From Pseudomonadota bacterium (GTDB lineage Bacteria; Pseudomonadota; Gammaproteobacteria; Burkholderiales; Burkholderiaceae), in the NCBI GenBank assembly GCA_039804685.1, contig JBDLVQ010000021.1, forward strand, positions 20,923-84,922: 64,000 nt of DNA, in the 5' to 3' direction. The notes beneath the pieces are model-generated. The model had not been told where the DNA came from and made no database searches. It worked only from the letters and a program-made list of their open reading frames with translations. The position numbers and the translations under genes are program-made. Within the stretch, counting starts at the first letter, position 1. The number at the start of each line of letters is the position of its first letter. Below are positions 41,159 through 51,366 of the stretch, in pieces.

Positions 41159-42334
41159 TCAATGAAACATTGGGTAAAGAACCATTCCAGCGACAGCGGC
41201 GGCAATCACAACCACTGGTTCAGTGAGCTTCTTATATTTCCACAGCAGTGCGGTAGTCACAATAGCCAATACCGCAGTCGGAATATCCACAATAGAGCGC
41301 TGAGCAATAACAATAACTGACCCTGTAATGGCACCAACTGCGGCGGCAGTTACACCGTCAATAAAAGCAACCAGACTTGGGTTCTTGCCATATTTTTTAA
41401 AGTAAGGCGCTGGGATAACGGTAAACAAGTAGCAAGGTACAAAAGTGGCTAATGCCGCAACACTAGCGCCCGTAAAGCCAGCAATGAGATAGCCGATAAA
41501 GCCTACGGTAATGACTACTGGTCCTGGAGTAATCATCGCAACGGCAACCGCATCGACAAACTGCTTCTCTGTTAACCACTGATGCTCTACTACGACACCA
41601 CCATACAAAAATGGGACGATAGCCAATCCCGAACCAAAAACAAAAGCCCCCGCTTTGGTAAAGAAGATAGCAATTTGACTCAATAGAGATAAATCAAAGC
41701 TACCCCATATGCTGGTGAATACTGGCACTTGAGTAACAGCAAGCCCATTCAGTCCACCACTCTTAAACCATTTAGGTGGCGCTTTAACGAACAAGGTAAT
41801 AAAGCCTGCCGCAAAGACGAGTGAGGCAATTTCAGATTGGGTCACTACAGTGCTGACTACCATCACTATAAAAATTGCCCACAGCAACTTATCTTTACCA
41901 ACAGTTTTCTTAGTGAGCTTTTGAGCGCTAATGGCAATAATGCCAATTACTGCGGCGCCTACCCCGTAAAACACCGAGCGCATCCACGCCAAATCACCAT
42001 AAGCAACATATGCCCAGCCTAGAGCCACCACCATTAAAAATGAGGGAACTACAAAAGCAATACCAGCTAGTGTTGCGCCCAGAATACGGTAGTGAACATA
42101 GCCCATATAAATGGCTAACTGAGCTGCCATTGGACCTGGCGCCATTTGCGCTAAAGCCATACCTTCTTTGTAGTCAGCCTCGGTAATCCAGCGATACTTT
42201 TCAACAAGATCACGATTCATATAGCCCGCTAGAGCTACAGGACCACCAAAGCCCCAAGTGCCGAGCTTGAGCATATAGACGACTAATTGCCAAAGGCTGT
42301 AACTTGGTTTTGAATCTAACTGGGCTGTCTCCAT
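41159..42334 (-). CDS. chrA: Chromate ion transporter (long-chain CHR)
   Basis: GFGGP, QMAPGP and second repeat FGSG / MITPGP. Confidence 0.92.
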   Translation of the reverse strand: METAQLDSKPSYSLWQLVVYMLKLGTWGFGGPVALAGYMNRDLVEKYRWITEADYKEGMALAQMAPGPMAAQLAIYMGYVHYRILGATLAGIAFVVPSFLMVVALGWAYVAYGDLAWMRSVFYGVGAAVIGIIAISAQKLTKKTVGKDKLLWAIFIVMVVSTVVTQSEIASLVFAAGFITLFVKAPPKWFKSGGLNGLAVTQVPVFTSIWGSFDLSLLSQIAIFFTKAGAFVFGSGLAIVPFLYGGVVVEHQWLTEKQFVDAVAVAMITPGPVVITVGFIGYLIAGFTGASVAALATFVPCYLFTVIPAPYFKKYGKNPSLVAFIDGVTAAAVGAITGSVIVIAQRSIVDIPTAVLAIVTTALLWKYKKLTEPVVVIAAAVAGMVLYPMFH

Positions 42335-42428
42335 AGCGATCTCTTTAATTTTTATTTTTTATGATTAGTCATCATACGCCGAGATTATGCGTGCGCCCAA
42401 GGGATTCCATTGAGAACGATAAGTTTGA

Positions 42429-42779
42429 TTACAGCAGATTAAGCCCAAAGTTTTTCATCAAGATAGAAAACAAGCCGAATAGAAGTACGGTGAGAACTAC
42501 ACATACCCCCAACGTCAACCAAAATCCAATCCTTGGGAGAAGATAAGGAAAAAATAAAAACATCGGCAATGTAGGGATCACATACCAAAAGGTGTAATAA
42601 GCGTGATTGGCTATTTTCTCTTCTGGCTGGTTTTCAACATATAGCCACACTAGAGTTAAAAGTGTCATCAATGGCAATGCCGCAATAAATCCACCCAGTC
42701 GATCACTTCTTTTAGCAGCCTCAGAAATGAATACAACCATTCCTGCGGTTAGGAGGTATTTAGTAATGATCCAAGCCAT
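42429..42779 (-). CDS. DUF3147 family small membrane protein
   Basis: KYLLTA..V..ISE.AKRS..LGGFIAALPL, YTFWYV.PTLPMF. Confidence 0.85.
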   Translation of the reverse strand: MAWIITKYLLTAGMVVFISEAAKRSDRLGGFIAALPLMTLLTLVWLYVENQPEEKIANHAYYTFWYVIPTLPMFLFFPYLLPRIGFWLTLGVCVVLTVLLFGLFSILMKNFGLNLL

Positions 42780-42874
42780 AGAAGCCTTTAATGTTGAGGG
42801 GGATTATATGATTATAGAAATGATACTTAAAACGATATTACACATATATACGCATATACGTATGTATAGAAACC

Positions 42875-43666
42875 TTACTTTCTTTGATTAAGTTTGCGCG
42901 AGCTCCATATGTCTAGTTGCCGTTGAGCTTCAGCAGTGATGCCATCAATAGAATCTTGGGGTAATTGCTTTAGGCATTCAGCCAACGCTTCGGGGCTGAG
43001 TTTTTCAGCAGGCTTGCTCTTCTTGATTTCTTGGGATGACTTACCATCCCAAGCAAATGGATTACCAAACGCTGGCGTATCGGGCAGGCAATCATCTCTA
43101 TAGACTGGCGCATCATTTGTAGCAAATTGCGTAAATGAAATCGTTCTTTCAAAGATGAGTGCTTTGCCTGTTGGTGTGGGTGGCAAAGCTGGCATAGATT
43201 TCATTGCCCTTCTAGCCAATTGCTCCGCTTTATCAGAAGTTTTCCAAAGCGTTTCAACCTTGACAAGGGTTCCATTTGGAGCAATTTCAATTCTGAATCT
43301 CACTTGCCCTTGATCTGGACCCTCAACAGCTGCGCCCATCATACTTCGCACTTGCTGACCGAAAGAGTGGCGATATCCTTTGCTATTTTTTAATGTGTAT
43401 TTAGATGCGAAAGCCCACTCTTCAGCAGTTGGCGCTGATGGCGCATCTAATGAAGCTGGTTGTTTATCGCTTCCTAGCCTAGGATTTAGATCGTCACCAT
43501 TTTTAGTAATAGGCTCTTCAAGGCGAACCTCAATAATGCTTAGATTTACATCTTTGGGTTTAGCAAAGATAAAGCCTTCATAGGTAGCCCACCACAGAAT
43601 TAGTCCAAGATGAACGGCAATTGATAGCCAGAGCGCAAAAAGGAGTCTGGGGGGCTTTTTTTTCAT
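42875..43666 (-). CDS. TonB C-terminal-like membrane-anchored protein
   Basis: SIAVHLG anchor, V.FRIEI.PNG.L..V....S...AE.LA.RA, LPPTP. Confidence 0.7.
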   Translation of the reverse strand: MKKKPPRLLFALWLSIAVHLGLILWWATYEGFIFAKPKDVNLSIIEVRLEEPITKNGDDLNPRLGSDKQPASLDAPSAPTAEEWAFASKYTLKNSKGYRHSFGQQVRSMMGAAVEGPDQGQVRFRIEIAPNGTLVKVETLWKTSDKAEQLARRAMKSMPALPPTPTGKALIFERTISFTQFATNDAPVYRDDCLPDTPAFGNPFAWDGKSSQEIKKSKPAEKLSPEALAECLKQLPQDSIDGITAEAQRQLDIWSSRKLNQRK

Positions 43667-43704
43667 TAACTTAGGAGCTTATCCGATACAAGTTCCAATT
43701 GGAA

Positions 43705-44025
43705 CTATCCAAGCACCCTCAACCCAGTAATCCTATATTTTGGGGGAGTATTCAATCGATCATCCCTGATCTTGCGTTTTTTGTAGATCGAGAATACGCC
43801 TTCAGCACTCAAATCGAATCCTCTGGGTGAACGATAGCCTTTTTGGGTAAGAGTCTCTGAGATGCCCCTAAAGGTCATCTTTTCTTGATCTCTCATTTGA
43901 ATAATGCTGTCTGAAAGTGTTTTTTGATAGTCAGAATACGCCCCAATCATTAGCGATCCGGTTCTGATGATTACTTCGAATTTGACAGCAAAGCCTTGAA
44001 GCTCTACTACCCCCTTTGGAATCAC
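43705..44025 (-). CDS. Small recombinase-domain-like HTH protein (possible remnant; start uncertain)
   Basis: [20 protein letters not shown] resembles the IA..LN..G..TPRG helix of serine recombinase DNA-binding domains; GTG overlaps the glmS stop. Confidence 0.55.
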   Translation of the reverse strand: MIPKGVVELQGFAVKFEVIIRTGSLMIGAYSDYQKTLSDSIIQMRDQEKMTFRGISETLTQKGYRSPRGFDLSAEGVFSIYKKRKIRDDRLNTPPKYRITGLRVLG

Positions 44026-45842
44026 TCGACGGTAACTGACTTAGCGAGATTTCTTGGCTTATCAACATCAGTGCCTCTAGCGCAAGCTGTGTGGTAAGCC
44101 AACAACTGCAACGGAATGACGTGGAGAATCGGAGATAAGTCACCGTAGTGCTCTGGCATACGAATGACATGTATGCCATCACTTGCGGTCATTTGAGTAT
44201 CAGAGTCAGCAAACACATAAAGTTTCCCGCCTCTAGCTTTAACCTCTTGCATATTAGATTTTAATTTCTCTAATAAGGCATCATTCGGAGCTACTGTAAC
44301 AACTGGCATTTGCTCAGTCACTAAAGCAAGTGGGCCATGCTTTAACTCTCCAGCTGGATAAGCTTCAGCATGAATATAAGAAATTTCTTTTAACTTAAGC
44401 GCCCCCTCAAGGGCAATCGGATAGTGCAAACCTCTTCCCAAGAAAAGCGCATTCTCACACTTAGAAAACGCCTCACTCCAAGCAATAATTTGTGGCTCAA
44501 GCGCCAAAGCAGAATTGATTGCTGAAGGCAAATGACGCAAACGATTGAAGGCATCTTTTTCTTGCTCACCACTCAATTGCTTTCTATGTTTTGCCAAAGT
44601 AAGGGCCAATAAATACAAGCCAACCAACTGAGTAGTAAATGCTTTTGTAGATGCCACACCAATCTCTGTACCAGCGTGGGTCAAGAAACGATATTTAGTT
44701 TCTCTAACCATGGCACTAGTAGCAACATTACAAACAGCGAGTGTTTCTGTGTGCCCGAGTGATTGAGCATGACGAAGCGCTGCTAACGTATCGGCAGTTT
44801 CTCCAGATTGAGAAACCACGATCACTAGTGCATTTGGATTTGGCACAGTTTTGCGATAGCGATATTCGCTTGCTATCTCAACTTGTGTTGAGATCCCTGC
44901 CAAATCTTCTAACCAATATTTAGCAGTGCTTGCTGCGTAATAACTTGTGCCGCAGGCCAAAATCAAAACGCTATTAATTTTTTCCCAATCAGCTGATGTT
45001 GCTCCGAATAAAGATGGATCAGCATGCTGCGCGTGACCTAATGTGTCTGCGATAGCTCGAGGCTGCTCAAAAATTTCTTTTTGCATGTAATGCTGATATG
45101 GCCCAAGATCAACAGCTGCCACCTGTGCAGGAACATCTTTTTGGGCTCGTGTCTGAATCTCGCCATTGATATTAGTAATAGTTACGCTATCAGTTGTTAA
45201 AACAGCAATATCACCTTCTTCAAGATATGACATTGCCTTAGCATGCTCTGCAACAGCCAAAGCATCTGAAGCCAGGAAATTTTCTTGATTGCCATAAGCA
45301 ACAACCAGAGGTGAACCCACTCGAGCTCCAACTAAGATACCCGGCGCATCTTGAGCAATAACTCCGATCGCATAAGCGCCGTGCAATCTTGGAACAATGG
45401 CGCGCACAGCGGCAGGCAAATCTCTTTGACTCATGTTCACATACGTTTGATGAATTAAGTGAGCAATAACTTCCGTATCTGTTTGCGAAACAAAGATATA
45501 ACCCGCAACCTTTAGCTCTTCTCTTAATTCCTCATAATTTTCAATAATGCCGTTATGAACCAAACCAATCAGATCGTTTGAAAAGTGAGGGTGCGCATTA
45601 ACAGTATCAGGCTTGCCATGAGTAGCCCAACGGGTGTGAGCAATGCCAATATTGCCAGACATTTTCTGACCCTGCTCGGCCAAATCAGAGACTCGAGCCG
45701 TAGTTCGCGCTCTATCTAATTGTCCATTAGATACCAAAGCAAAACCGCAAGAATCATAACCGCGGTATTCAAGCCGACGTAGGCCTTCAACTAAAACATC
45801 AACGACATTTCTTTTAGCAACTGCGCCAACAATCCCACACAT
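44022..45842 (-). CDS. glmS: Glutamine-fructose-6-phosphate aminotransferase
   Basis: [41 protein letters not shown]. Confidence 0.98.
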   Translation of the reverse strand: MCGIVGAVAKRNVVDVLVEGLRRLEYRGYDSCGFALVSNGQLDRARTTARVSDLAEQGQKMSGNIGIAHTRWATHGKPDTVNAHPHFSNDLIGLVHNGIIENYEELREELKVAGYIFVSQTDTEVIAHLIHQTYVNMSQRDLPAAVRAIVPRLHGAYAIGVIAQDAPGILVGARVGSPLVVAYGNQENFLASDALAVAEHAKAMSYLEEGDIAVLTTDSVTITNINGEIQTRAQKDVPAQVAAVDLGPYQHYMQKEIFEQPRAIADTLGHAQHADPSLFGATSADWEKINSVLILACGTSYYAASTAKYWLEDLAGISTQVEIASEYRYRKTVPNPNALVIVVSQSGETADTLAALRHAQSLGHTETLAVCNVATSAMVRETKYRFLTHAGTEIGVASTKAFTTQLVGLYLLALTLAKHRKQLSGEQEKDAFNRLRHLPSAINSALALEPQIIAWSEAFSKCENALFLGRGLHYPIALEGALKLKEISYIHAEAYPAGELKHGPLALVTEQMPVVTVAPNDALLEKLKSNMQEVKARGGKLYVFADSDTQMTASDGIHVIRMPEHYGDLSPILHVIPLQLLAYHTACARGTDVDKPRNLAKSVTVE

Positions 45843-45875
45843 GACTATTTCCTATTGGTTAATGCTTTATCTAAT

Positions 45876-47243
45876 TTATTTTGATTTTTTGACTGGTCGC
45901 TGCCAGTTCAATGAAATTTGTTTAACCCTTGTAATGGTTAGCTGACCTGCTGGAGCATCTTTGGTGAGCGTTGTTCCTGCTCCCAAGGTTGCCCCTTTGC
46001 CAACGGTCACTGGGGCCACCAATTGAGTATCTGAACCAATAAACGCTTCATCTTCAATTACTGTTCGGAATTTATTAACGCCGTCGTAATTACAAGTAAT
46101 GGTGCCTGCACCCACGTTGACTTTAGAACCAATCGTTGCATCACCAATGTAGGCCAAATGATTTGCCTTACTGTTAGAAGCAATCTGGCTGTTCTTTACT
46201 TCAACAAAGTTTCCAATATGAACTTCATCAGCAAGTTCTGTACCAGGGCGCAATCTTGCATAAGGACCAATCACACTCTTGCCGCCAACTTTGGCTTGAT
46301 CAATATGTGTATAGGCATGGATCGCCGCGCCAGCCTCAATCACGGCATCACGTATCACGCAGTAAGGGCCAACTGACACCCCATCTGCCAAAGTGACTTG
46401 GCCTTCAAAAATACATCCAACATCAATCTTTACATCTTGGCCACAAATTAATTGACCTCGAATATCTATTCTTGCAGGGTCCATTAAAGTGACCCCTGCA
46501 TCCAGCAGTCGCTTGGCTAACTCAAGCTGCCATGTGCGCTCTAACTCTGCGAGTTGTTCCCGACTGTTAACTCCAACAGTTTCCCAAGTTGCATCAGGAG
46601 ATGTTGTGTGAACTGGAACTCCCTCATTAACCGCCAAAGAGATAATGTCTGTTAAATAATATTCCCCTTGAGCATTATTAGGCTCTAGAGCTTTTAACCA
46701 ACGCTTTAATTGCGCAGTGGGGACGGCCATCAGACCTGTGTTAATTTCTGTAATAGCCTTGATCTCTGTGCTGGCATCCTTCTCTTCAACAATCGATTGA
46801 ACGCCACCATCTAGATTTCTAACAATTCTTCCATAGCCCGTTGGGTTCGGCATGATTTGGGTCAACAAACCCAAGGCACCTTCACCAGCTAACCGACATA
46901 AACGCTCTAAGGTTCTAGTTTGTATCAATGGCACATCGCCATACAAAATTAAAGTGGGCTCATTGTCGATTAGAAGATCAGCCGCCTGTAAGACAGCGTG
47001 TCCCGTACCCTTTTGCTCTTTCTGAACAACTGTTTGGGCAGAAATTGCTGATTTCTCGAGATACTCACGAACGGCATGACCGCCATGCCCAAGAACAACA
47101 ATCGACTGGTGCTGACCTGATATGGCCTGAGCACTGGCAATGGCATGGGCAAGCATGGCCTTGCCAGCAAGGGGGTGTAAAACCTTGGGCACAGCAGATC
47201 GCATACGCTTTCCCTGCCCAGCAGCTAATATGACTATATTCAT
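45876..47243 (-). CDS. glmU: Bifunctional GlmU
   Basis: [16 protein letters not shown], hexapeptide repeats, TCNYDG. Confidence 0.98.
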   Translation of the reverse strand: MNIVILAAGQGKRMRSAVPKVLHPLAGKAMLAHAIASAQAISGQHQSIVVLGHGGHAVREYLEKSAISAQTVVQKEQKGTGHAVLQAADLLIDNEPTLILYGDVPLIQTRTLERLCRLAGEGALGLLTQIMPNPTGYGRIVRNLDGGVQSIVEEKDASTEIKAITEINTGLMAVPTAQLKRWLKALEPNNAQGEYYLTDIISLAVNEGVPVHTTSPDATWETVGVNSREQLAELERTWQLELAKRLLDAGVTLMDPARIDIRGQLICGQDVKIDVGCIFEGQVTLADGVSVGPYCVIRDAVIEAGAAIHAYTHIDQAKVGGKSVIGPYARLRPGTELADEVHIGNFVEVKNSQIASNSKANHLAYIGDATIGSKVNVGAGTITCNYDGVNKFRTVIEDEAFIGSDTQLVAPVTVGKGATLGAGTTLTKDAPAGQLTITRVKQISLNWQRPVKKSK

Positions 47244-47256
47244 TGATAATAATTAT

Positions 47257-48174
47257 ATGTGTTTATTCAAGCACCTCCTAACTCCGAAGCTAATCATGGT
47301 TTATTTCATATTTGCCATTATTTCTGGGTGTAGTGCTGTTCGCCTGATATACAACCAAGGGGACACCCTCACCTATTGGTGGCTAGATGATCATATTGGC
47401 TTTAATTCAGAGCAGGAGGCCTTTACCAGGTCGTCTTTAGAGCATCTTTTTGGGTGGCATCGAACAGAACAGTTGCAAGCCATTGCTACGACATTAGATA
47501 AAGCTCAACAAAAGCTTCAAAAGCCCATATCTAAAGAAGAGATGATGGGTTTAACAAGCGACTTTAAAAAACATGGTTACAGCATATTTGATCAAATCAT
47601 CCCTGATGCAGCCAAATTAGTAATTAGCCTAGAGCCAGGACAAATTGACTCGATCGAAAAACGGTTTGCAAAAAACAATGAAAAGTTTCGTAAAGAGTTT
47701 TTACCGGACAATAAAGATAAACAAGTGAAAGTTCGGGCCGACAGAGTTATTGACAGAACCGAATGGCTATTTGGTGGCCTTAGCAAAGATCAAGAAAAAA
47801 AGATTCGAGAGTTTTTACTTAATCATCCAGTCGATATGGAGATGGTCTACAAAGAGCGATTGCGTAGACAATCAGATTTCATTCAAATTTGCAAAGAAGT
47901 GAATCAAAAGAAGTTAAATCAAAAAGCAACAGAGGCCCTGTTAAAAGACTACATGAAGTTCTTTGAGGCTGGCAAAACAAAAGATCAGCAAGCTTTTAAC
48001 AAAAAATGGATGGAAACCGGGGCGGAGGTCACATCATTCATTACACAGATAATGAATGATGAGCAACGTCAACACGCTTTCGAAAGAATTGGTGGGTGGG
48101 TGGCAGATGTGCGAGAACTGATTAGAGATTCATCTGCACTGGCTGCCAAGAGATCTGCTCCTCTAAATCGATAG
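47257..48174 (+). CDS. DUF6279-like lipoprotein
   Basis: Lipobox [12 protein letters not shown]....YWWLD, WHR..QL; start uncertain (47257 or 47296). Confidence 0.78.
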   Translation: MCLFKHLLTPKLIMVYFIFAIISGCSAVRLIYNQGDTLTYWWLDDHIGFNSEQEAFTRSSLEHLFGWHRTEQLQAIATTLDKAQQKLQKPISKEEMMGLTSDFKKHGYSIFDQIIPDAAKLVISLEPGQIDSIEKRFAKNNEKFRKEFLPDNKDKQVKVRADRVIDRTEWLFGGLSKDQEKKIREFLLNHPVDMEMVYKERLRRQSDFIQICKEVNQKKLNQKATEALLKDYMKFFEAGKTKDQQAFNKKWMETGAEVTSFITQIMNDEQRQHAFERIGGWVADVRELIRDSSALAAKRSAPLNR

Positions 48175-48973
48175 AACCGCTGCTATCGGTTAAATTTTTA
48201 AAATCAAATTCTTTGCCATCCATCAAGTGTGATGGCACCACATTTTGTAATGAGCTAAATAAACTTTCGACACGGCCGGGGAATTTCTTTTCCCAGTCAC
48301 GCAATAACGCTTTCATTGCATTTCTTTGAAGATTCTCTTGGCTACCACAAAGGTTGCAAGGAATAATTGGGAACTCCATTTGTAAGGCGTATTTCTCTAA
48401 GTAGCGCTCTGGCACATAAGCCAACGGACGAATAACAATATGCTTGCCATCATCAGACCTCAGCTTTGGCGGCATTCCTTTTAACTTTCCACCATGGAAC
48501 ATATTCATTAACAGCGTTTCTAAGATGTCATCACGATGATGCCCTAGGGCAATCTTGGTGGCGCCCAACTCCCCTGCCACACGATACAAAATGCCTCGAC
48601 GCAATCTTGAACATAAACCACAAGTTGTCTTTCCCTCTGGGATTACCCTCTTAACAATCCCGTATGTATCCTGCTCTTCAATATGAAAAGGTATACCCAA
48701 CTTCTTAAGGTAATTAGGCAAAATTTCTTCTGGAAAGCCTGGTTGCTTTTGATCAAGATTAACAGCAACTAACTCAAAATTGATGGGCGCCCGCTCACGC
48801 AATTTCATCAAAACGTCCAACATGGCATAACTATCTTTTCCACCAGAAAGGCAAACCATGACCTTGTCACCTTCTTCGATCATGTTGTAGTCAACAATAG
48901 CTTGCCCTGCTAAACGACAGAGTTTTTTATCTAGCTTATTTTCTTCATAAGCGATTTTGCGTGGATCTTTCAT
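48122..48973 (-). CDS. ttcA: tRNA 2-thiocytidine(32) synthetase
   Basis: SGGKDS, CGLC, GHHRDD, PCNLC. Confidence 0.96.
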   Translation of the reverse strand: MKDPRKIAYEENKLDKKLCRLAGQAIVDYNMIEEGDKVMVCLSGGKDSYAMLDVLMKLRERAPINFELVAVNLDQKQPGFPEEILPNYLKKLGIPFHIEEQDTYGIVKRVIPEGKTTCGLCSRLRRGILYRVAGELGATKIALGHHRDDILETLLMNMFHGGKLKGMPPKLRSDDGKHIVIRPLAYVPERYLEKYALQMEFPIIPCNLCGSQENLQRNAMKALLRDWEKKFPGRVESLFSSLQNVVPSHLMDGKEFDFKNLTDSSGSIDLEEQISWQPVQMNL

Positions 48974-49365
48974 TCTTTAATCAAAAATATCTCAACGCCA
49001 ACAGCGTCACAATCTGGGTAAACATCTGGCTTGGCAGTTGAAACTCTTACCGCCCGAACGTGAGGGTGAGCCAACATGATTTTAGCAACATCGTCACATA
49101 GAGTTTCTTGCAAATGAATATGGCCCTTAGCCACTCTTTCAACAATACTTCTTCGCATAAAGTCATAGTCAAGGACTTCCTCGAGACTATCTTTCGTTGG
49201 CGTACTTTCGTTTAATGGAACAAACAAATCAACATTGATTAGAACGCGCTGCTCACCACGCTTCTCAAAATCATGAACGCCAATATTGATATAAATTTCG
49301 TAATTGCTTAAAAACAATCTACGGCAATCCATTAAACGTGGGTGGGATAGCAAAGCTTGCATCAT
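48970..49365 (-). CDS. folB: Dihydroneopterin aldolase
   Basis: IGVHDFE...EQRV..NVDL, DYD, LQETL, KPDVY. Confidence 0.9.
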   Translation of the reverse strand: MMQALLSHPRLMDCRRLFLSNYEIYINIGVHDFEKRGEQRVLINVDLFVPLNESTPTKDSLEEVLDYDFMRRSIVERVAKGHIHLQETLCDDVAKIMLAHPHVRAVRVSTAKPDVYPDCDAVGVEIFLIKE

Positions 49366-50147
49366 TACTCCGTTAAAAACATAACGTCACGATCTGTGGA
49401 CAACAAATGCTGTCCGCCATCAACATAAAGTGTAGTGCCAGTAATGGCACTAGCGTTGGCCAAGTAAACCACAGCGCCCGCAATATCTTCGGGTGCTGAT
49501 GATTTGCCAAGCGGCGTCATTGCATGGGCTTTTACAAAACCATCCTCTGACTGATCTCCGGAAACCATTGTAATTCCTGGGGCAACTCCAACCACTCGCA
49601 AAATAGGGGCAAATGACTGCGCCAACAAGGTTGTTGCTGAGTGAAGTGCTGCTTTTGAGAGGGTGTAAGACAAGAAGTCCGGATTGAGATTGGCTAACTT
49701 CTGGTCAAGTAAGTTAATAATCACGCCTGAAGGCGTCTCACCCCCTGCCGCCTTTAGCTTGGCATGTTGACGGTATAAATCACGAGACAAGATGAGTGGC
49801 GCAGCAACGTTAGTAGTCATGTGACGATCTAATGCTGCATAACTAAAACTTGATGCGACGTCATACTGAAATAATGAGGCGTTATTAACCAAACAAGTTG
49901 GGACACCCAAAGCTTCAGTGCACCGTGCAATCAATTGATTGGCTTGTTTTTCATCTGACAAATCAGCTTGTAAAGCAATTCCTCGTTGGCCGGTAGCCAA
50001 AATCTCTTGAACAGTTTCCTCGGCAGCATCTTTTGAATTGCCATAATGAATTGCCACATCCCAACCATCTTTAGCAAGGCCAATTGCAATACCCTTCCCG
50101 AGGCGCTTTGCCGCACCAGTCACCAATGCAATTTTTTGAATTTTCAT
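49365..50147 (-). CDS. SDR oxidoreductase (pteridine reductase-like)
   Basis: TGAAKRLG, NNASLF, YTLSKAAL. Confidence 0.9.
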   Translation of the reverse strand: MKIQKIALVTGAAKRLGKGIAIGLAKDGWDVAIHYGNSKDAAEETVQEILATGQRGIALQADLSDEKQANQLIARCTEALGVPTCLVNNASLFQYDVASSFSYAALDRHMTTNVAAPLILSRDLYRQHAKLKAAGGETPSGVIINLLDQKLANLNPDFLSYTLSKAALHSATTLLAQSFAPILRVVGVAPGITMVSGDQSEDGFVKAHAMTPLGKSSAPEDIAGAVVYLANASAITGTTLYVDGGQHLLSTDRDVMFLTE

Positions 50148-50190
50148 AATTTTTACAGCTTCACTTATAAGAGTTGTAGACTCGCGAGGT

Positions 50191-51366
50191 ATGGATATTA
50201 AACCTAGCGCTGAAGAAACATCTCATAGCCAACTTTTGGCCAATAAAATTCAAGCAGAAATCTTAGCCAATAATGGCCAGATTTCTTTTGCTAAGTATAT
50301 GGAAATGGCCCTATATACGCCAGGATTAGGCTATTACGCTGCTGGATCCATCAAATTAGGCAGTCAAGGGGATTTTGTCACTGCCCCAGAAATTAGCCCT
50401 CTATTTGGCGCCACCATTGTTCAAACAATATTGCCTGCATTAACTCACCTTCAGGAAGAATCACTTCCTCTGCAAATCCTTGAGTTTGGAGCAGGATCGG
50501 GCGCCTTGGCGGAATCCGTTCTGGATGGACTGCAAAGATTAGGATTAAAAATTGACTCCTACAATATTTTGGATTTATCAGCAGATCTGATCGATCGCCA
50601 AAAACAAAGGCTTTTTCAGCGCCCAGAAAAAATTAATTGGCTATCTGAACTTCCAGAAAATTTTATAGGCATCATTCTTGCTAATGAAGTTTTAGATGCC
50701 ATGCCAATTGATCTGATTGTCCAAAGAAATGGGGCTTGGCACTATAAAAATGTTGGATTTGCCAAGACTGAACAAAATACTTCAGAACAATTTGTTTTTT
50801 GTGATGGCCTCAGAGTTGAAGATAGCTTGTTGCCAACTCAACTCCAAAAAGAAGATTTCCCTGAGGGATACACCACAGAAATCCATTCCAACGGCAACGC
50901 ATGGATCAATAGTCTTGCAGAGCTTTTGAAAAAAGGGCTTTTGCTCACCTTTGATTATGGTTTTCCTGCGCATGAGTATTACCACTTACAAAGAGGGCAA
51001 GGTACTTTGATGGGGCACTATCGCCACCACGCCATACAAGATCCGTTTTTCTATCCTGGGTTGTGTGATTTAACTGCTCACGTTGAATGGAGCACGATTA
51101 CCCAATCTGCGATTGATCATGGCTTTGACTTTTTGGGGTATACCAGTCAAGCCTCTTACTTGCTGAATGCTGGGATCGGGGAGCTAGCACTCACATATGC
51201 TGATCCAAGAGACGCCGTTAGCTTCATGCCCATCTCAAATGGATTGCAAAAACTTTTATCAGAAGCCGAAATGGGTGAGTTATTTAAAGCGCTGTGTCTT
51301 GGCAAAGATATGCCATTTTCTGAAGGTGACTTACCGGGCTTTAGATCGAAGCCTAGAGCTCTCTAA
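50191..51366 (+). CDS. SAM-dependent methyltransferase (MidA/NDUFAF7 family)
   Basis: YMEMALY..G.GYY, GDFVTAPE, EFGAGSG, NEVLDAMP, DLTAHV. Confidence 0.92.
   Translation: MDIKPSAEETSHSQLLANKIQAEILANNGQISFAKYMEMALYTPGLGYYAAGSIKLGSQGDFVTAPEISPLFGATIVQTILPALTHLQEESLPLQILEFGAGSGALAESVLDGLQRLGLKIDSYNILDLSADLIDRQKQRLFQRPEKINWLSELPENFIGIILANEVLDAMPIDLIVQRNGAWHYKNVGFAKTEQNTSEQFVFCDGLRVEDSLLPTQLQKEDFPEGYTTEIHSNGNAWINSLAELLKKGLLLTFDYGFPAHEYYHLQRGQGTLMGHYRHHAIQDPFFYPGLCDLTAHVEWSTITQSAIDHGFDFLGYTSQASYLLNAGIGELALTYADPRDAVSFMPISNGLQKLLSEAEMGELFKALCLGKDMPFSEGDLPGFRSKPRAL

Larger units (their letters stand above)
40652..44036 (-). mobile_element. Putative degenerate integrative element at the glmS 3' end
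   Basis: Flanking direct repeat, inverted CAAMGGGGGT motifs near both ends, recombinase-like ORF next to glmS, accessory cargo; no intact integrase. Confidence 0.45.

Noticed and set aside
42831-42865. ModE box in the AT-alternating tract
   Set aside because: Half-site spacing and flanking CG do not fit TATAT-N7-TAYAT convincingly.
43993-44009. GCTCTACTA as a degenerate tRNA/tmRNA 3' end (GCTCCACCA)
   Set aside because: Only 7 of 9 matches with no T-arm; too short to support.
43960-44040. Tn7 insertion at attTn7 behind glmS
   Set aside because: No tnsABCD/tniQ genes, and no recognisable TGT...ACA ends or 5 bp target duplication.
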